DNA of 15,457 nt from a virus (Duplodnaviria; Heunggongvirae; Uroviricota; Caudoviricetes): IMG/VR virus record IMGVR_UViG_3300029456_000117; one strand, 5' to 3'. Under the pieces are notes generated by a model. It searched no databases. It was not told the origin of the DNA and saw only the letters and a program-made list of their open reading frames with translations. Below, piece after piece: positions 13,798 through 15,457 of the stretch; the stretch's first letter is position 1; each line of letters starts with the position of its first letter. Made by a program: the position numbers and the translations under genes.

Positions 13798-15018
13798 ATG
13801 CGTCTGCCAAACGGTTACGGTAGTGTAATCAAACTAAAAGGCAAGAGGCGTAAACCTTATGCTGTCAGAACTTCTGAAATTGCGGAATTTGTAGAGATTG
13901 ATGCTCCGAAAGATCCGCCGCCTAATATCCGCCGGGAACTCAACCGGTATAACTTCAAATGGAAAAGAAAAGCTCAGATGTGGGCTGCTATTTCCTCAGA
14001 TGCCATCTGTGAGTTCGCCGAGACTCTGATGCAAGAAGAGGGCTATGAGTATTCCATAGCTTACCGGCAAACGTTCAAATACCTTGAATACTTCGCCAAA
14101 CAGGAACACGCCTATGCTTTTCTGTCGGAATTGAATAATGCCGATGTGGTTGCGGAACATATTAAATACGCCGAGACACCTACTTTTGCAGAGATGTATG
14201 GAAAGTGGAAAAATTATCGAAAGGCTCTGCCGGATAAGATTTCATCAAACACCTGGCGGAACTATGAGATTGCTTTCAACCACTTATCAGATTTGCACCA
14301 CAAGAAATTTAATGCCCTACGAACTGATGAGGTCCAGGAGTGTATCAATAAATGGACCTGTAAATCAAACTCTACTGTCTCTAATATCCGCACGATCCTT
14401 AACAATCTATACAAGTATGCCCTAATGAACAACTATATAGAAAAAGATTTGTCTCAGTTCTTTGTATACTCATGGGTTGATCCGACAGAACAAATCCATA
14501 GCAGATATACCAATGAAGAAATTGCAACCCTTTGGTCTAAACTGTATGTGATAAACAATGTGGACCTCATTCTCATTACGATCTACACCGGCCTAAGACC
14601 TACGGAACTTTTGGAGATAACCACGGATAATGTGCATCTGGATGAACAATACATGATTGGAGGAATGAAAACAGAGGCAGGCACAGACAGAACAATACCA
14701 ATCGCAGACAAAATTTTGCCACTAATAAAGAATCGGTTCAATCCGAACAGAAGATTTCTTGTGAATAATAAGTACGGAAACCACTACACCTACGGTTCGT
14801 ATGTGAGTGCAAATTTCAACACCGTTATGAACAGACTCGGTATGCAGCATCTACCGCATGACGGCCGCCACACCTTTGCATCGTTGATGGATGATGCCGG
14901 AGCGAATGAGGTTTGTATCAAACTCATAATGGGTCACAGCATGAAAAACAATGTCACAAAGGGAGTGTACACACATAAAACCACACAACAGCTTATTGAT
15001 GAAGTCAACAAAATTTAA
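13798..15018 (+). CDS. int: Tyrosine integrase
   Basis: RLPNGYGSV arm-binding N-terminus; catalytic R (TGLRPTE), K (GMKT), HxxR (HDGRH), H (GHS), Y (GVYTH). Confidence 0.95.
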   Translation: MRLPNGYGSVIKLKGKRRKPYAVRTSEIAEFVEIDAPKDPPPNIRRELNRYNFKWKRKAQMWAAISSDAICEFAETLMQEEGYEYSIAYRQTFKYLEYFAKQEHAYAFLSELNNADVVAEHIKYAETPTFAEMYGKWKNYRKALPDKISSNTWRNYEIAFNHLSDLHHKKFNALRTDEVQECINKWTCKSNSTVSNIRTILNNLYKYALMNNYIEKDLSQFFVYSWVDPTEQIHSRYTNEEIATLWSKLYVINNVDLILITIYTGLRPTELLEITTDNVHLDEQYMIGGMKTEAGTDRTIPIADKILPLIKNRFNPNRRFLVNNKYGNHYTYGSYVSANFNTVMNRLGMQHLPHDGRHTFASLMDDAGANEVCIKLIMGHSMKNNVTKGVYTHKTTQQLIDEVNKI

Positions 15019-15040
15019 GGGAGGTCATGCCTCCCTTTTA
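15017..15040 (+). terminator. Probable int terminator
   Basis: AAGGGAGG-tcatg-CCTCCCTT followed by a short T-run. Confidence 0.6.
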
Positions 15041-15075
15041 CTGTATAAATATTCTAAAACAGTGCCAAAAACCAA

Positions 15076-15151
15076 GTATATTATGCGTATATTATGCAAA
15101 ATCGTTTGTATCTTGCGTGTATATTATAAGTATATTGCCAGTATATTACTA
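15076..15151 (+). repeat. 11-bp-period GTATATT repeats (probable att arm-type/Xis sites)
   Basis: GTATATT at 15076, 15087, 15119, 15130, 15141 and GTATCTT at 15108. Confidence 0.7.
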
Positions 15152-15201
15152 TCAAATTTTTACTCAAACTTACGAACACTTACTGTAAAAATACGCACAA
15201 T

Positions 15202-15239
15202 AAAACCCCGGAAACATTGAATTTCCGGGGTTCGTTTTT
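15202..15239. terminator. Terminator downstream of gdhA (likely bidirectional)
   Basis: 11-bp stem AACCCCGGAAA (15204-15214) / TTTCCGGGGTT (15222-15232), flanked by A- and T-runs. Confidence 0.8.
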
Positions 15240-15244
15240 ATTGA

Positions 15245-15457
15245 TTAGCACACACCCTGTGCTAACATAGCTTCTACTACCTTCTCAAATCCGGCAATAT
15301 TTGCACCTGCTACATAATCTGTCTTTCCACCAACGGTTGCATTGTATCTCTTAGCAGCATCGCTGATGTTAGCATAAATAGTCTCCATGATTCCCTTAAG
15401 CTTTCCGTCAACTTCTTCGAATGTCCAGTGAAGTCTCTCAGAGTTCTGGCTCATCTC
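15245..15457 (-). CDS. gdhA: NADP-specific glutamate dehydrogenase, 3' end (host gene)
   Basis: EMSQNSERLHWTFEEVD.KLKGIM...DYVAGANIAGFEKV.EAMLAQGV is the conserved GdhA C-terminus. Confidence 0.95.
   Translation of the reverse strand, partial: EMSQNSERLHWTFEEVDGKLKGIMETIYANISDAAKRYNATVGGKTDYVAGANIAGFEKVVEAMLAQGVC

Larger units (their letters stand above)
1..15240. mobile_element. Temperate prophage, integration/lysogeny/replication end (continues beyond left edge)
   Basis: Gene order int - cI / cro - xis-like - recombination (RecT, exonuclease) - RusA - replisome organiser - helicase loader - MTase. Ends next to a housekeeping gene 3' end (gdhA). Right boundary approximate. Confidence 0.93.

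Noticed and set aside
14951..15220. 89-aa + ORF downstream of int
   Set aside because: Overlaps the int end, its terminator and the att repeats; the sequence reflects the repeats.

Overview
Integration, lysogeny and early/replication end of a temperate prophage in a low-GC Firmicute (Lachnospiraceae/Clostridia-like, by inference). It abuts the 3' end of the host glutamate dehydrogenase gene (gdhA) at the right edge. On + are a LexA-like CI repressor and a tyrosine integrase. On - is a long early operon: cro, xis-like HTH, cold-shock protein, SMC-like ATPase, RecT, PD-(D/E)XK exonuclease, a probable anti-defence pair (DUF2829/Tad2-like and crAss001_48-like), RusA, replisome organiser with ori repeats, helicase loader/inhibitor, a 4x zinc-ribbon protein, a C5 DNA methyltransferase locus and a PAPS-reductase-family gene. 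The standout is the methyltransferase locus (924-3586). The catalytic core is interrupted exactly at the Pro-Cys motif by CCA-TAA-GA-CCT. It is followed by about ten target-recognition-domain (TRD)-like modules on small, mostly separately initiated ORFs, with five G7-G12 tracts whose length decides which module is made or fused. Motifs IX-X lie on a separate last ORF. This looks like a split, phase-variable, multispecific methyltransferase. Also visible are five copies of an 18-bp palindromic operator (one about 12 kb from the switch) and a probable ~80-nt antisense sRNA between cI and int. All family assignments come from motif recognition, not database searches.
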